DNA of 63,270 nt, counting the filler, from Intoshia linei (taxonomy: Eukaryota > Animalia > Orthonectida): assembly GCA_001642005.1 (NCBI GenBank). It is 4 parts of 4 records of this genome, joined end to end, with 100 filler letters (N's around TTAATTAATTAA, not from the genome) between each part and the next. Parts side by side here need not be neighbours in the genome. Positions count along the whole stretch, not along the records: positions 49,395 to 63,270 come from LWCA01001020.1; 3 more parts are not named here. One strand, 5' to 3'. Both the position numbers and the translations under genes were made by a program. This document shows, piece after piece, positions 62,822 through 63,270 of the stretch; positions within the stretch are counted from its first letter, which is position 1; each line of letters opens with the position of its first letter. The notes under the pieces are model-generated. The model did not search any database. It saw only the letters and a program-made list of their open reading frames with translations, and was not told the DNA's origin.

Positions 62822-63270
62822 GTTGAAAATTTAATAATATTTTTATATTTTAATAAATAATGTTCAGCTGCGTCATGTACCATTGACGTTATTCTATAAT
62901 ATAAAAAAAAAAATTTTCAAATTATAACTATATTTATCATTTTGTTTTGGTGTTAAAGGTGTGAAGTGTGAAATTAAATCTATCTTAAGGTCTCTCCTAA
63001 AATTAGATTAACATTTTCAAAATATTAGAAAAATTGTTTACATTTATTCATCCCACAAACATTGTTTAAACCCCAAAACAAAATGATCATAATAATTATA
63101 ATTATACAAAAAATTATTTTCGTTATTATAAAATAAAGTAAATTGCAAATGATGCAGTTGAACGCGTTTTATTAAAATATGTAAACATTTTTAATTTTTC
63201 TCCACAAACAAAGCAAGAATTTCACTTTTTGTAAAAAAAAATTAAGAAAAACATGAAAATAAACTTAAAT

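Overview
Very AT-rich eukaryotic (animal) genomic DNA with compact, divergent genes and many ~33-70 nt GT-AG introns. The style resembles a reduced parasite genome such as the orthonectid Intoshia (inference, not verified). The window is four pieces joined by artificial 100-nt spacers (N44-TTAATTAATTAA-N44 at 15274, 27660, 49295), with single-N joins at 532 and 58188. Genes recognised: an R7-type RGS, an LRR+death-domain protein, an orphan secreted His/Tyr-rich precursor, SmD3, RRP5/PDCD11, the N-terminal ~850 aa of an outer-arm axonemal dynein heavy chain, a single-pass membrane protein, PPP1R36, RBM15/spenito, PSMB2, a divergent MDH1, an arylsulfatase pseudogene, the queuosine salvage gene QNG1 and a C2B exon. 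Introns and intergenic DNA are full of decayed transposons: Gypsy, Buster/hAT, Tc1/pogo, Chapaev3-like, piggyBac MITEs, a foldback/Mutator-like family with 9-bp TSDs and a Helitron-like family. The most notable observation is that QNG1 exons lie on opposite strands. A transposon TIR pair with a 10-bp TSD shows that the segment right of ~58.1 kb is flipped, by real inversion or mis-orientation. Other highlights are the histatin-like propeptide, an SmD3 lacking its RG tail and an operon-like four-gene cluster. All assignments come from manual translation and motif recall; no searches were run.
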